Below are positions 1 through 12,900 of a stretch of 64,000 bases of DNA, piece after piece. This DNA is from Negaprion brevirostris (Eukaryota): the NCBI GenBank assembly GCA_030324005.1, contig JARDVH010000084.1, positions 35,604,348-35,668,347 of the forward strand, given 5' to 3'. How positions within the stretch are numbered: position 1 is the stretch's first letter; each line of letters begins with the position of its first letter. A program made the position numbers and the translations under genes. The notes beneath the pieces are model-generated. The model made no database searches. It was not told the DNA's origin and saw only the letters and a program-made list of their open reading frames with translations.

Positions 1-924
1 AACACGAATGACCTGTCTATCCCACTAGGGTAAGTGAATCCTCAACTGCTCAGACACTGAATTGTAGACGGAACATGGGCCTCAGTGGGAAAGGTACAAT
101 CCATGTCACCCACGCATAAAAAAGCCACTCAGCCTAATAAATTAGTGCCTCATAGCACTACTGCAGTCCATCCAGTCTGCACATCAAGAGTCCACAGTGA
201 ATGGCAACACAAAGCTCAGATGCTATGTCGTGGGGGGGGAATGGAAGAAAGTTAGGTGTTGAGAAAGCCAATAAGCACTGTATGACATGCCCCTGTGAGC
301 TTTATCTTTCTATCTGCATGGGCTCACCACTCTGGAGGATGCTGCCCCAGAACCCTGTGGACAAACACATCAGTCACATGGCACACAATGAAATGGATTA
401 TTTGTAAAAGTGGAAGCATGAAAAAATACCTGAAACTCAATTATTCCCAGCCCCATTTTCTCTCTTTGCACAAGAAGAATGAAAGAAAATGGGAGAGGCC
501 CAACCTGACCTGAAGAACCTTACACAGCTCAAGGAGCCAGAAGCTGAGTTGACAGGGAAAGAAACAGACAAAGCGTGTGTTGATGGGAAGGTTAGCGGGC
601 AGCAACCTTCCACCTAGTACCAATCATGCATAATGTAGTCACATAGATTCATGATTGATTAATGCGCTAAGACACTTAGATCCCTCTGCACCTCAGAGTT
701 GTGTATTTTCTCACCATTTAGATAATATGCTTTTTTATTCTTCCTACCAAAATGGAAAATTTCACATTTTTCCACCACACTATACTCCATTTGCCAGATC
801 TTTGTCCACTCACTTAACCTATCTGTATTTTTTTTGTAGCCTCTTTAAGTCCTCTTCACAACTTACTTTTCTACCTAATTTCAGGTCACCAACAGCACTT
901 TCAAGCACATTGGTCACCTGACTA

Positions 925-2660
925 AGCACTTGCTCAGCAATAACCTGCTCCCTAATGCTCACTTTGGGTTTTGCCAGAGGCATTGGCATCTGACCTCATT
1001 GCAGCTTTGTCCAAACAAGGACAAAATAGCTGAATTCCAGAGATAAGATGAGTAACTACCCTTGACATCAAGACAGCATTTGACCAAGTGTGGCATCAAG
1101 GAGCCCTAGCAAAATTGGAGTCAATGGGAATCAGGGAGAAAACTGGTTAGAACCATACCTGGTACAAAGAATATAGTTGTTAGAGGTCATGCAGCTCAGG
1201 TTCAGGACATCTCTACAGAAGTTCCTAGGCCCAGCTAACTTCATCCATGTTTCATCAGTGACCTTCCTTCTATTATAAGATCAGAAGTAAGAATGTCTGT
1301 TGATGATTGCACAATGTTCAGTACTATTTATGACTCCTCAGATACTGAAGCAGCCCATGTTCAAATGTAGCAAGACCTGGACAATATCCAGGCTTGGGCT
1401 GAATTGAAGTAACATTTACACCACACAAGTGTCAGGCAATGACTACCTCTAAGGGAGAATCTAACCATTGCCCCTTGACATTCAGTGGCATTATCATCAT
1501 TGAATGCCTCACTATCACCAGCCTGGGGTTACCATTGACAAGAACGTAAGCTGACTGGCTATATAAATACTGTGGCTACAAGAACAAGTTAGAGGCTAGG
1601 AGTCTGCAGCAAGTAACTTAGCTTCTAACACTCCAAAGCTTGTCCACCATCTATAAGACACAAGTCAGAGGTGTGACAGAATACTCTCCGTTTTCCTCAC
1701 TGAATGCAGCTACGACAACATTCAAAAAGCTTAACACTACCCAGGATGAAGCAGCCAACTAGTTTGCCACCTGTTTCACAAGCATCACTCCCTCCTCCAC
1801 CACTGAACAGTGACACCATCTGTAAGATGCAATGCAGGAACTGGCCAAGGTTCCCTTTAGGCAGCATCATCCAAACCCATGATCATACCATCTAGAAGGA
1901 CAAAGGCAGCAGACACATGGGAACATCACCACCTGGAAGTTGCCCTGCAAATCACTCACTATCCTGACTTGGAAATACATTGTCATTCCTGTTAGGCAAA
2001 AGGAGGAGGTAGAGAAGGACAGGGTCTCAGCAAGCTAAATTCAGCCAGTGTACCATAAGGTCAAAGTGAACATTCCCACTGGCTCTCTGCCAAGTTGATT
2101 AGACCAGTATTCCTGCAGACAGGGGCACATTTATCCTTGTGTCTGGGCAGTGAATGCATCTGTTCACTAATGTTGCAAAATATGTTTCTTCATAGGAATT
2201 CCCAATATCATTACTAGCTAGTTCCCAGACCTCTGGATTTAAACTAATGACATTTACCAACCATGTCTTCCAGTAACTTTGCTTGGCTGAAGTGAACAAT
2301 ACATTTAAAATATCACCATATATGTTTTAAAATCAAAATGACTTGATTTGATTCACCTACTGCATTTATATACTTATAAACTGTTTGTGTTAGCTTGCCT
2401 AATAACTATTTAACTCCTTACTAATCCTTTGGTCTCTTAAAGACTACATTCTGCCTATGAATCTTATTCGCTGGGTAGGAATCCCTTTCTTCAGTTCCAT
2501 TACTGTTGCTGGGTCAAAATCCTGGAACTCCTTCCCTAACAGCACTGTGGGTGCATCTATACTTCAGGGACTACAGTAGTTCAAGAAGGCAGCTCACCAC
2601 CACCTTCTGAAGGGTAATTAGGGTTGGTAGTAAATGCTGATGCCCGCATCTCAGAAATTA
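925..2660 (+). mobile_element. Degenerate non-LTR retrotransposon (CR1/L2-group RT and 3' end), split by a 500-bp unique insert
   Basis: Decayed RT motifs (LDIKTAFDQVWHQGALAKLESMGI; ..DDC); 3' UTR shared with copies at 42.1-42.9 kb and 57.2-58.9 kb. Confidence 0.8.
1991..2286 (-). pseudogene. Pseudogene exon truncated by LINE sequence
   Basis: Acceptor TTGTTCACTTCAG|CC KQSYWKTWLVNVISLNPEVWELASNDIGNSYEETYFATLVNRCIHCPDTRINVPLSAGILV*STWQRASGNVHFDLMVHWLNLAC*DPVLLYLLLLP. Confidence 0.65.
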
Positions 2661-3459
2661 AGGAAAAGTAAGATCAGTAGTCACAACCAACGGAATGATC
2701 CCTTCAAATTTATAGTAATGGGTCTTTGTTGATAGTGGTTCTAATGGTGTGATTTTAAGTGCTTGAATCTGGCATTGAATGCAATTTACTTAATTATATT
2801 TCAATAACACAACTGAAATATATTCAAATATACCCTGAACACATGGTCCTTAGCAATGGGCCTATTATCACAACAGGAACTAAATATCGTTCCAAAGTAT
2901 AAACTCACTTAGACCAGACCCAGATAAACATTCATTGTATCCATTGTGTAAAATTTTCAGTGAATGTCTCATTGAATATCTCCTGAAATATTTCATTGAT
3001 CATAATTTTGGAATTGAAACTAATTAAGCTATTTACTTCTGCTGCTAATTTGTACGTTCATAAATAAGGGGATGAAAAGTTAATGGAGGTAAGTGGGAAT
3101 GAGGTTACAATCAGATTAGTCATGATCTTACTAAATAATGGAGAGACTCGAAGAGCTGAGTGGCTTACTCTTACTCCTAATTCGAATGCTTATATAAACC
3201 AATTTAAATTATTTCTACTTCCCATTTCTGATATTACATCAGTGATTTGTGCGAGAGGATCTCGGGTCTGAAATCTCAATAAATATTGTAGGGGCACATT
3301 AATGCACACTGTCTAAGGACCCAGTATCACTTAATTTAGTCTCAGATAAAGAATGGCCTCCCATTTGAGCAAGGCTCTGTCAAACTCTACCCCAAGAATA
3401 AGAGAAAAGTAGAGAGTCAAAGAACAATTTAAAAATGCTATTGTTAACCTGACCATTTA

Positions 3460-4019
3460 ACTACTGGTGAAAGACTCCATTGGAGCCACTACATGTAACC
3501 AACAATTGAGTATATAGAGCAGGAAGAGTTGAATTTGGTGGAATATATCATCAAAGCCTCATAGCAGGGCATGAATGTATGGAAGAACTTCAAAAAGCTT
3601 CTGCAGATCTATTTAGCCATCAGACAGACAGTATCTGGACATCATCCAATGGTAACATCTTAATTTGTGGTTAAATCTTGTTGAATGCAGTTAACTTTGG
3701 TCCCAATATTTTCTGTGGATTCTGCTTAATAGTATGGGAATGATAGTGTCTGGTGTCAGTGAAGAGTGTGGTCTGGTTTATGGATTAGATCTAGCAGAAC
3801 ATTTACTTTATGGCTTCAGTTGTTTGTTGCAAGCTGTGCGCTTACAAATCAGAGGAATGATTAAAACGATCCAATTGCTTCCAATACACATTATACTTTT
3901 CAAATAACGGAACAGAGCATTGTGTTTGATGGCTAGCTCTATTAATGGCCCAAGTTTTATTAATTGAATGGCTGGTTGGTAGTGACAAGCTGAAACATGT
4001 GACCCAAATCCTTTCAGCA
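3460..4019 (-). pseudogene. Pseudogene exon(s)
   Basis: Acceptor TTTGCTTCAG|TG LKGFGSHVSACHYQPAIQLIKLGPLIELAIKHNALFRYLK...; further on DLQKLFEVLPYIHALL*GFDDIFHQIQLF. Confidence 0.55.
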
Positions 4020-5959
4020 CTGAAGCAAACTGTTTAAACCTCTCTTAAGTTATCCTGACTAATGGAATGAAAATGAATTTGAAATGTACATCTAGTTGCT
4101 TTTAAAAATTCCTATGGGCTGGAGTTCTACCACCTTGCCTGCCACGGAATTGGCACAGATGAGGGTCCAACAACAGAAATCTCCATTGACTTCAGGCGGA
4201 AATTTCTGGTCTCGCCGAAGCAAAGCTGTAAAATCCCACCCATGTAATCTGCATCCATTACTCTTTCAACTAGCACATTTCAACAATTTTAAGAACCCTC
4301 AATGTGAAAGCAATTTCCTTTTGTTTACCCTCCGGTTCTTTTGCCAGTTATTTTACATCTATGGTCACTGGTTACTGACCTACTTGCCAGAAGAAATAAT
4401 TTTTCTGTACTTCCTCTGTCAAACGCTCATAATTTTGAATAGCTCCATTATGTCTCATCTTAACCTTCTCTTAGGCAAAGAATACCACACAACTGAAGCC
4501 CCTTATCTCTGGTGTTATCCTGATAAACACCTTTGTCCCCTTTCTAAGGCTTTCCTAAGGCATGTTGTCAGAATTGTACAGAATATTCCTGAGGCCTAAC
4601 TTGTTATATTGAATAACAAAGTTCAGAGGGAGACAAATCAGAATTATTTGTTCATACTAACAATGTTGTATTTTATTGACACATTAATATTATACATGAN
4701 NNNNNNNNNNNNNNNNNNNNNNNNNNNNNNNNNNNNNNNNNNNNNNNNNNNNNNNNNNNNNNNNNNNNNNNNNNNNNNNNNNNNNNNNNNNNNNNNNNNC
4801 TTCTGCAAGTGTTACCACATCTCTTGTTAAACCCCCACCATCACCTTTCAAGAATACAGACAGGATAGGGGCACACCTCTGCGTCAAGCATGCAGAGCCC
4901 AGAATGCACATGACAGGAACTTGCGATACATAGGAATGAGGTTCACTTAATAGCCACGCTTTACATGAAGGTGCAGACATTACTAATATGAAGCGATATG
5001 TTGAGACAGGCCACTCACTGTAGTTAGATGATAACAAATGCACAAGAGAGAGGTCCAGGATAGAGACAATTACATTAGTGTGTGCAGGAACCAATATTGC
5101 TATTAGTGTATGCAGGAACCAAGATGTCACGTGATTGACAGTTGCATAGCTCTTGACAAGAGGAGAAATGAAATGATTGTGAATATTTTTATGAATATTA
5201 TCTACATGTGGTTAACATCAATGCCAACATTGTGCAACTACATCTTATTCACTTTTCTTAACCATATGCCTAATTGCTCCCCCAACATCCACGGTGGAGG
5301 TGGACGCAACTTACTGACCGCTGAGCTCTGTTGTCTTTAATTACCTTAGCAGGCATCCTCTAAAGGACCCCAGCAGAGACATTTACAGTTTGTGGGGCTC
5401 AGCTTTATTTTCACTCCCCAACCCTAGGATCTGAAGGCTGAACTTGCACACAAGCTCTCTCCCTCCCGTCCCTTGCACATACACTCTCTTTCTCCTGCCC
5501 CTTACAGACACTCTGGGCGGGATTTTACAGCCACGCTCACCCCAACGTCAGAAAATCCTGCCTGAGGTCAATGGATATCTGCATGGTCTGTGTCCTGTGG
5601 TGGATGGGACAGAAAAATTCCACCCTCTCCCTTCCTCCCCATCCGTTGCACACATTCTCTCTTCCTCCCCACGTCACACACCTATTTTCCTCCCCACCCC
5701 TTGCACACACTATGTGTTCCTCCGACCACTTGCACAGTCTTCTTTCCCACCCTTTGCACTCTCTGCCTCCCACCTCTCATACTGTTGGTTCACTCTCTTT
5801 CCCCACCTGCGACACTCTCCCCTGAACTTTATTTCTGCACACTCACTTTCTCTCTCTCTCTCCTGACGCTACCAGAGATATAATGGGGAATTTTGAGGTG
5901 CAGAAGCTCGAGAAAAGAATGTGTTGACCATTAATTTCTCAGCATTCGTTTATATTCTA

Positions 5960-6480
5960 TTCTTATTTATTCATCATTTGAGTCTCCAAATGTCAGTAAA
6001 ACTATAGGTTTTGGCATATGTGTGCAAACATTTGTGCTTCAAGTTCTTCCTCCAATCAATTCAAACTTGTGGAGATCTTAAAGAACTGATAATTAACTAA
6101 ATTAATGGCTTGCATCGTACGTCTCCCATTTTGTTTGAGGTCATATGTTATCAGATCCCGCACTGGATCAATCTTCAGTGACTCAATCTAAGCTAAGTCC
6201 ATTTATGTATTTACACTCAAGGAATCACTATCTAAAGCTTTTGTACTTACTCCATTGTCATCTTCAATGATGAAAATTAATTCAAAACACATGTATTTAC
6301 GTTTCAGTGATGTCCTACTCTCTAATCCTAACAACCATTCTGGATTTTTGAAATGACCTATGTGGCCACCGACATAACTTACAAAGCTTCACCATGGGAA
6401 TGTCATGTCATCAATTATTTTTTTCTAAATTTTTTTGGCATTCAATTGTGGCTTTAGTTAGCTTCAGCTGTATCTGATAC
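5960..6480 (-). pseudogene. Pseudogene exon pair (6480-6251, 6187-~5960) or one exon
   Basis: TATAG|..IIDDMTFPW*SFVSYVGGHIGHFKNPEWLLGLESRTSLKRKYMCFELIFIIEDDNG|GTAAGT, then TTAG|IESLKIDPVRDLITYDLKQNGRRTMQAINLVNYQFFKISTSLN*LEEELEAQMFAHICQNL (phase 0). Confidence 0.65.
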
Positions 6481-7044
6481 CTATACAATCTTGCCAGTGT
6501 TTTGTATTTAGTGAACTAGTGGGGGAATCTTAACAAAAAATAGCAGAATGTTACATCTGGAGAGAAAACCAGTGTGTTTCCAGAGAAACATACTGGTTTT
6601 CTCTCCAGATCTTATGACACTCTGCCAAAAAAAAATCACTCTGAGATTATGCCATTTGGTCTTACACAAGGGCAAACAACCTCTCAGCATGTCAAGTCTC
6701 CTGAGAACAGTAGATTCAGAAAGAATATTCCCAATAGTGGAGGAGTCCAGAACTAGGGGGTCATTGTTTGAGGTGAGGAGAGATTTCTATGTTAGAATTA
6801 TATGTTAACGTTTTTGTCTTTTTATTCCGCAGGTATCGGTCCACCTTGTTGTCAAACGAGGGGCATGCACNNNNNNNNNNNNNNNNNNNNNNNNNNNNNN
6901 NNNNNNNNNNNNNNNNNNNNNNNNNNNNNNNNNNNNNNNNNNNNNNNNNNNNNNNNNNNNNNNNNNNNNNGTTGGACTTAAACCTGGTGTTGTCAGACTT
7001 CTTACTGTGTTTACCCCAGTCCAACGCCGGCATCTCCACATCAT

Positions 7045-7217
7045 GGCAAGGTAACACAGTGATCAGCACTGCTGCCTCACAGCACCAGGGACGTGGGTTC
7101 AATTCCGGCCTCGGGTGATTGTCTGTGTGGAGTTCGCATGTTCTCCCTGTGTCTGCGTGGGTTTCCTCCAGGTTGTCCAGTTTCCTCCCACAGTCGGAAA
7201 GACATGCTGGTTAGGTA
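7045..7217 (+). mobile_element. tRNA-derived HE1/V-SINE
   Basis: A/B-box head GCACTGCTGCCTCACAGC..GGGTTCAATTCC and V-domain TGTGTGGAGTT..GGGTTTCCTCC. Confidence 0.85.
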
Positions 7218-7299
7218 CTTTTATCAGTTTTGTCCTTGAAGTCTGTGTGAGAAGAGTAAGAACATTCTCCCATGTGGCTGGATTTTTAAAAATTAATTA

Positions 7300-7640
7300 A
7301 TGTGTGGGACATGGGCTGGCCAGTGTCTATTGCCCATTGCTAGTGACCCAAGAGCAGTTGAGAGTCAAGCACATTGCTGTGGCTCTGGAGTCACATGTAG
7401 GCCAGACTAGGGTAAGGATGGTAAATTTCCTTCCACAAAGGACATTAGTGAACCAGATTGTTTTTCCAATAATCGGCAAAGATTTCATGATCATCAGTAG
7501 GTTCCTAATTCCAGAATTTTTTTTATTGAATTCAAATTCTGCGATCTACACAGTGGCAGGATTTGAACCCAGGTCCCCAGAAGCATAGCTGAATTTCTGG
7601 ATTAATTGTCTAAAGATAATACCACTAGGCCATCGCCTCA
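7300..7640 (-). mobile_element. Second tRNA-derived SINE family
   Basis: Minus head GGCGATGGCCTAGTGG..GGTTCAAATCC; other copies at ~47865-48118 and ~61650-62660 (the latter with a nested CR1 tail at 62415-62590). Confidence 0.75.
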
Positions 7641-8214
7641 TGGTGCTATTCTGATTCCAACTTTGTTTATTTATTTACCAGTGAAATATTCTATTTTACA
7701 TTCTGTTATAATCTAATTTCATGGTTCCAATTTGCTTTCCTATTTTTCTTAACATGTTCTCCTCTGCAGTCCATGTATTTATCACAGTCTCTTTTGTTAT
7801 CCTCAATTTTTCCCTTTTGTCTTTATTCAACCATAGTGTCTCATTTGTTTTTAGATTGCTCTTGTTCTTTTGTGGAATATAATTTTCCTGGACTCTTTTT
7901 GTTTTAACTGTTTCCCTTTACCATTCCTGTACACCATTGTTCTCCAATATTGTCCCTTTAATTTTCTCAGATTCTATTTTCAGCCCCTCCAAAATTAGCT
8001 TTTCTACAATCTATTACCATGATCTTTAATATGCTTTTTGTCCTTTTCAGTTATTATCCTAAAACATGTCATGTTTCTCACATGCTCTGCTTACAAGATC
8101 TAGAGGTGAATCCTCCTTTGTTGAGCTTTTTACATTCTGGGTTCGAAAGAAGTCCTGTACACATTGTAGGAACTCAATTTCACTATCCCCTTTACCTACT
8201 TTTTCTGAGCAGTG

Positions 8215-8905
8215 CCCAATAGAAAATGAAACTAGGGAATTAATAATGGGAAATAAGGAGATGGCAGATAAATTGAATGGGTATTTTGCATCGGTCTTTA
8301 CGATAAAAGATATAATACCTGTCATCAGGAAATGAAAGGGATGGTAAGAACTTAAGAAAATTACAATCAACAGGGAAATGGTACTGACCAAATTGCAGGC
8401 ACTGCAGGTTGACAAGTCCCCAGGTCTTGATGAATTTTACCCTAGGGCCTTAAAAGAAGCAGCTAGTTGACACATTGATTTTAATTTTCCAAAATTCCCT
8501 AAATTTATGGGAGGTCCCATTCGATTGGAAAATAGCAAATGCAACTCCTTTGTTCAAAAAGGGAGACAGAAAACAGGAAACAGCAGGGCAGTTAGCTTAA
8601 CATCTGTCACAAGAAAAATGTTAGAAACTATTCTTAAAGATGTTAAAGCAGGGCACTTAGAAAAATTCAAGGTTGTCAGGTAGATCAGGGAAATCATATT
8701 TCACCAATTTCTTTGATTCTTTCAAGAAATAACATATTCAGTGAAAGAGGGGAACCAGTTGCTATACTGTACTTAGACTTTTAGAAGGCATCTGATAAGG
8801 TGCCATGTCAAAAGTTATTGCTGGAAATAAAAACTCATGGTGTAGGGGATAACATGTCGACATGGATGGAAGTTTGGCTCACTAATTGGAAACAAAAAGT
8901 AAGCA
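8215..8905 (+). mobile_element. CR1/HER1-type LINE ORF2 fragment
   Basis: DKSPGLDEFYPRALKE, WKIANATPLFKKG and YLDF*KASDKVP motifs. Confidence 0.85.
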
Positions 8906-10199
8906 TATGTTCAAAATCTATCCCAGTTAGCACAGTGGCAGTGCCAGAAAACATGAGGGAGGATATCCTCAATGTGAAGCGGGACTTGCTCTCAACAAGG
9001 ACTGTGCAGTAGTCTCTCCTACCAATACCGTCATGGCTGGATGCATCTGTGACAGGTAGATTGCTAAAAGCACGGTCATGTAGAGTTTTCTCTCCTGTTG
9101 GATCCTTTGCCATCTACCACAGACCCAATCTAGCAGTGATGTCCTTTAGGAGTGGGCTGGCTCAGTCAGTAGTGGTGATACCGAGGCCTTCTTGTTGATG
9201 GACACAGTAGTGCCTCAAAAAAAGCAGATTCTCTTCCTTTGCCATGTTCAGTGCTTCAACGTGGAGGAGTACTGATTCACAGTTGGGAGGAGTGAACAGG
9301 GTGAGGGGGGAAGTGGTTTGTTTGGGCACAAGCCTCCGAATGTTAATAGGGAGGACCCTGAAGAGACAACAGTACTGGGTTTGTTATTGTTATTTTTGGT
9401 ACCCATGTCAATTCCTGGTAATCTGTGTGATTTAATTCCTATTTTAAGTCTCCATAGTGATTTGATGCAACTGAGTGGCTTATAAGAACATAAGAAATAG
9501 GAGCAGGANNNNNNNNNNNNNNNNNNNNNNNNNNNNNNNNNNNNNNNNNNNNNNNNNNNNNNNNNNNNNNNNNNNNNNNNNNNNNNNNNNNNNNNNNNNN
9601 NNNNNNNNNNNNNNNNNNNNNNNNNNNNNNNNNNNNNNNNNNNNNNNNNNNNNNNNNNNNNNNNNNNNNNNNNNNNNNNNNNNNNNNNNNNNNNNNNNNN
9701 NNNNNNNNNNNNNNNNNNNNNNNNNNNNNNNNNNNNNNNNNNNNNNNNNNNNNNNNNNNNNNNNNNNNNNNNNNNNNNNNNNNNNNNNNNNNNNNNNNNN
9801 NNNNNNNNNNNNNNNNNNNNNNNNNNNNNNNNNNNNNNNNNNNNNNNNNNNNNNNNNNNNNNNNNNNNNNNNNNNNNNNNNNNNNNNNNNNNNNNNNNNN
9901 NNNNNNNNNNNNNNNNNNNNNNNNNNNNNNNNNNNNNNNNNNNNNNNNNNNNNNNNNNNNNNNNNNNNNNNNNNNNNNNNNNNNNNNNNNNNNNNNNNNN
10001 NNNNNNNNNNNNNNNNNTTCCTTTCGTATGAGGATGTAAGTCCTGACTACTGCCAATTCACACTCATTAGAGTATGAAATGGCAGCAGGCCTGTCAGGGT
10101 CGATGAGAATACACTTCCCACCAACTTTCCAGATGATGGGCACCAAGCACCCACCATCTTGAAAACTCAGGGCATGGTTTTATTACTGAGCTGACAAGC

Positions 10200-11541
10200 T
10201 GAAATTATGGGTGTATAACATCAGTGCAGCAGCTAGCTTGTATGACAAGTATATACCTAGGACTGGTCAACCAATCACAATCAAAACAGAGATATTGAAT
10301 TTATCTATTTCTGTTGAATTATTTCAGTCCCATTTGCCTGCTTGGTTCCAGTTAGTTTGAATTTACAAATCCTATACATAGCTTAAGATGCAAGAGACTT
10401 TCAGGTTGATAACATGTCGTTGCTTTTTATTTCAAATGGGCAAATTGTGGGTGCTGTATAATCTGAGCATTTTTTCTAAACAGTCACTAGTTTTTTGTGT
10501 TTTTCAGTTAAATTGGAAAATACCAATAAAGAACTGTTTTTATAAGCTCACAGAATTACCAGTGTTATATAACAGAAAAGCATTTGTATGCTACAGGCTG
10601 TAAATTTAATCTTGAATTCGGAAAGGACAATAGGAAAGGATACCTGCATTATGCACAAAATGGTTTCACACCCACGTGTACACCAACATCTTTGCATTTA
10701 AAGTATTTAAGTTTGGTGGAAAATTCTACAGGACCCTTGTAAGTGGAAATTGAATGTGAATTATTTAAGTGTTCCTTATACACAGCAAGTAAAATGTACT
10801 GCACTGTCGGGATTCTATGAAAATATGTTTTGCTTTAGAACAAGTTTTAAGGTTGGTGCACAGTAGAACTGTAACTACACAAAGACCTTCTCACAAACTA
10901 TTCAGTGGGAGTTTCAGAATTGGCAGAAATTCAGTTAAGAAGCTTTCTTTAGTTTGGCTGAATTTAATGGCATAAGTGTCCCAGAAACACTGAGTTTGCT
11001 TCATGTATGTAACAAATATGAAAAGAAATCTATCATTACTTATCCACAAGCGTCAACGTACAAATAACATTTCTAATTTTTCAGACAGTTCTCAATTATT
11101 TCTATTGGGTTTTTTTGCTACTTTCACATGGGTTTTAAATAGCCTTTGTACCAACTGCTGCAATGCCTTTCTTCATATTAGTTGCAATAGTGCCACCATT
11201 GGTTTCAAAATGGTAAGTCAGCACTTTTAGAAGAAAGAAGTGGATCACTAAAAAGATACAGGAAGTCAGGTTTCACTAGAGACACTCCACCCCACCCATT
11301 AATATTACCACTCCACACTCAATGGGCAGAAGTAATCATATTTGCACTTGTCCTTGGGTAGTGTCCTTGATTTATAAGGAACATGATTGTGCCACATACT
11401 CAATGAAGCTCATTCACAGTCTGACCAATGGCTGTCAAAATCAAATTGCCCTTAACTATTATGCAGTGACTTCAGTACAGAATAACTTTGGATACAGAAG
11501 TAATATAAGCCAAACAGCTGTATGAAGAAATAATAAATTTC
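10200..11541 (-). pseudogene. Cluster of ~4 degraded pseudogene exons
   Basis: Acceptor-like AGs at 11541, ~11222, ~10957 and ~10475; e.g. ILKPMVALLQLI*RKALQQLVQRLFKTHVKVAKKP and KTYFHRIPTVQYILLAVYKEHL. Frames are partly ambiguous. Confidence 0.45.
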
Positions 11542-12399
11542 CTGCAAGCTTGTGCAATCAAATTTAAACACGACAGAACTGTGCAATTTTATAGAGTGAC
11601 TAAATTATTGTGTCCAAGCAGTTTACACATTGTCATTATCTACAACAACACTCAGAGGTCCTCGGGTGTAGGGGTAGAATCCCTGTCTCTAAGCCACAAG
11701 CTCTAGGTTTGAGTCCCACCACAGGACTCGATGGCCAAAGAAGATGTGTTCATACTGAGTGTCAACTTGCAAATCCTTCCAACATATACCACTGGCAGAT
11801 GGGAGAGATTCCTGATCAACTATGCAATGAAAATAATATTGGAACCTATACCATCACTATACATGCTCCAGACTACACCATGCATGTTGAAATGAATTTT
11901 GCCACAGCAATTTGGATGCCTTAGTGGGTTGTAACGCATCACCACATCAATATAAAGAATTCAATTTTCTGGCAATTGGATGGGGCCTAAAAATAACCGC
12001 TGATAATATGATTAACCTGAGCCCTTTGCTTCCAAGTATACAGGATACAAACCTTAAGCTGCCTGCTGATTGGAATGTGTCAGCAGGTTTTGTAAGTGCC
12101 TATATGCCACTGTAATGTCAAGGTGCTTAGCAGTGCAAGGGTTAATGTGGGACTGCAGAATACTACCATAATGGTATAGAACCACATGGGAAGGGACTCA
12201 GAAAACACTCTAGAAACAGCCGGCATGGAAGCAACAGCACCATGCGTGATAGTAACTGGGACTTGTATGTAGTTAAAGGTTAACAATGATGTGTTCACAT
12301 TTAAACATACAAGTCTCAACATGTCAACATTAAAACAAACCATAACACAAAAAGGATTCAAAGCTGATATCAGCTAGAGTTAACTGGCACCTTTTAACG

Positions 12400-12900
12400 G
12401 GGGGATGCAATGCGAGAGGAGCAGGTGCTAGAATTAGTTGCAAAAGAAGGTGCAAATGAGAAGAACACTGAATTACAGTGCAACAGGATGAGGAATGTGC
12501 TCTGAAGTTCCCAGATGTTGTGCTGGATGCCTTAGTGGAGGAGGTGGGCAGGAGGACAGAGGTCCTTTATCCACAGGACACTAGAAGGTTCTGCAGGAAA
12601 ACTGTACAAAGGCAGCGGGGGAGCAGATAGCTGTAGCCACCAATTCCCAGATTCTTGACCTGAGGACCCAGTGCCGAAAGAAGTTTAGTGATATCTCATA
12701 GATGGTCAAAGTTAGTGAATTCATCTTAAAATGCCTTATCCAATAATTGCATATTAATCTCATATTATTCAATGCACCACACCCTATCACTCAGCTACGA
12801 TGATCTCCACCAATTATGACTTGTACCTCACATTCATAACTTTACCTCATTCTCACACACTTAGTGCTGCTGCAAACCTCACATCCATATCATGCAGCAG
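12400..12900 (+). mobile_element. Harbinger Myb/SANT-like ORF remnant
   Basis: PDVVLDALVEEVGRRTEVLYP...RTQCRKKFSDI; a related remnant lies at ~22830-23400. Confidence 0.65.

Noticed and set aside
7045-7110. tRNA-like A/B boxes
   Set aside because: These are SINE heads followed by V-domain and LINE tail; there is no complete cloverleaf.
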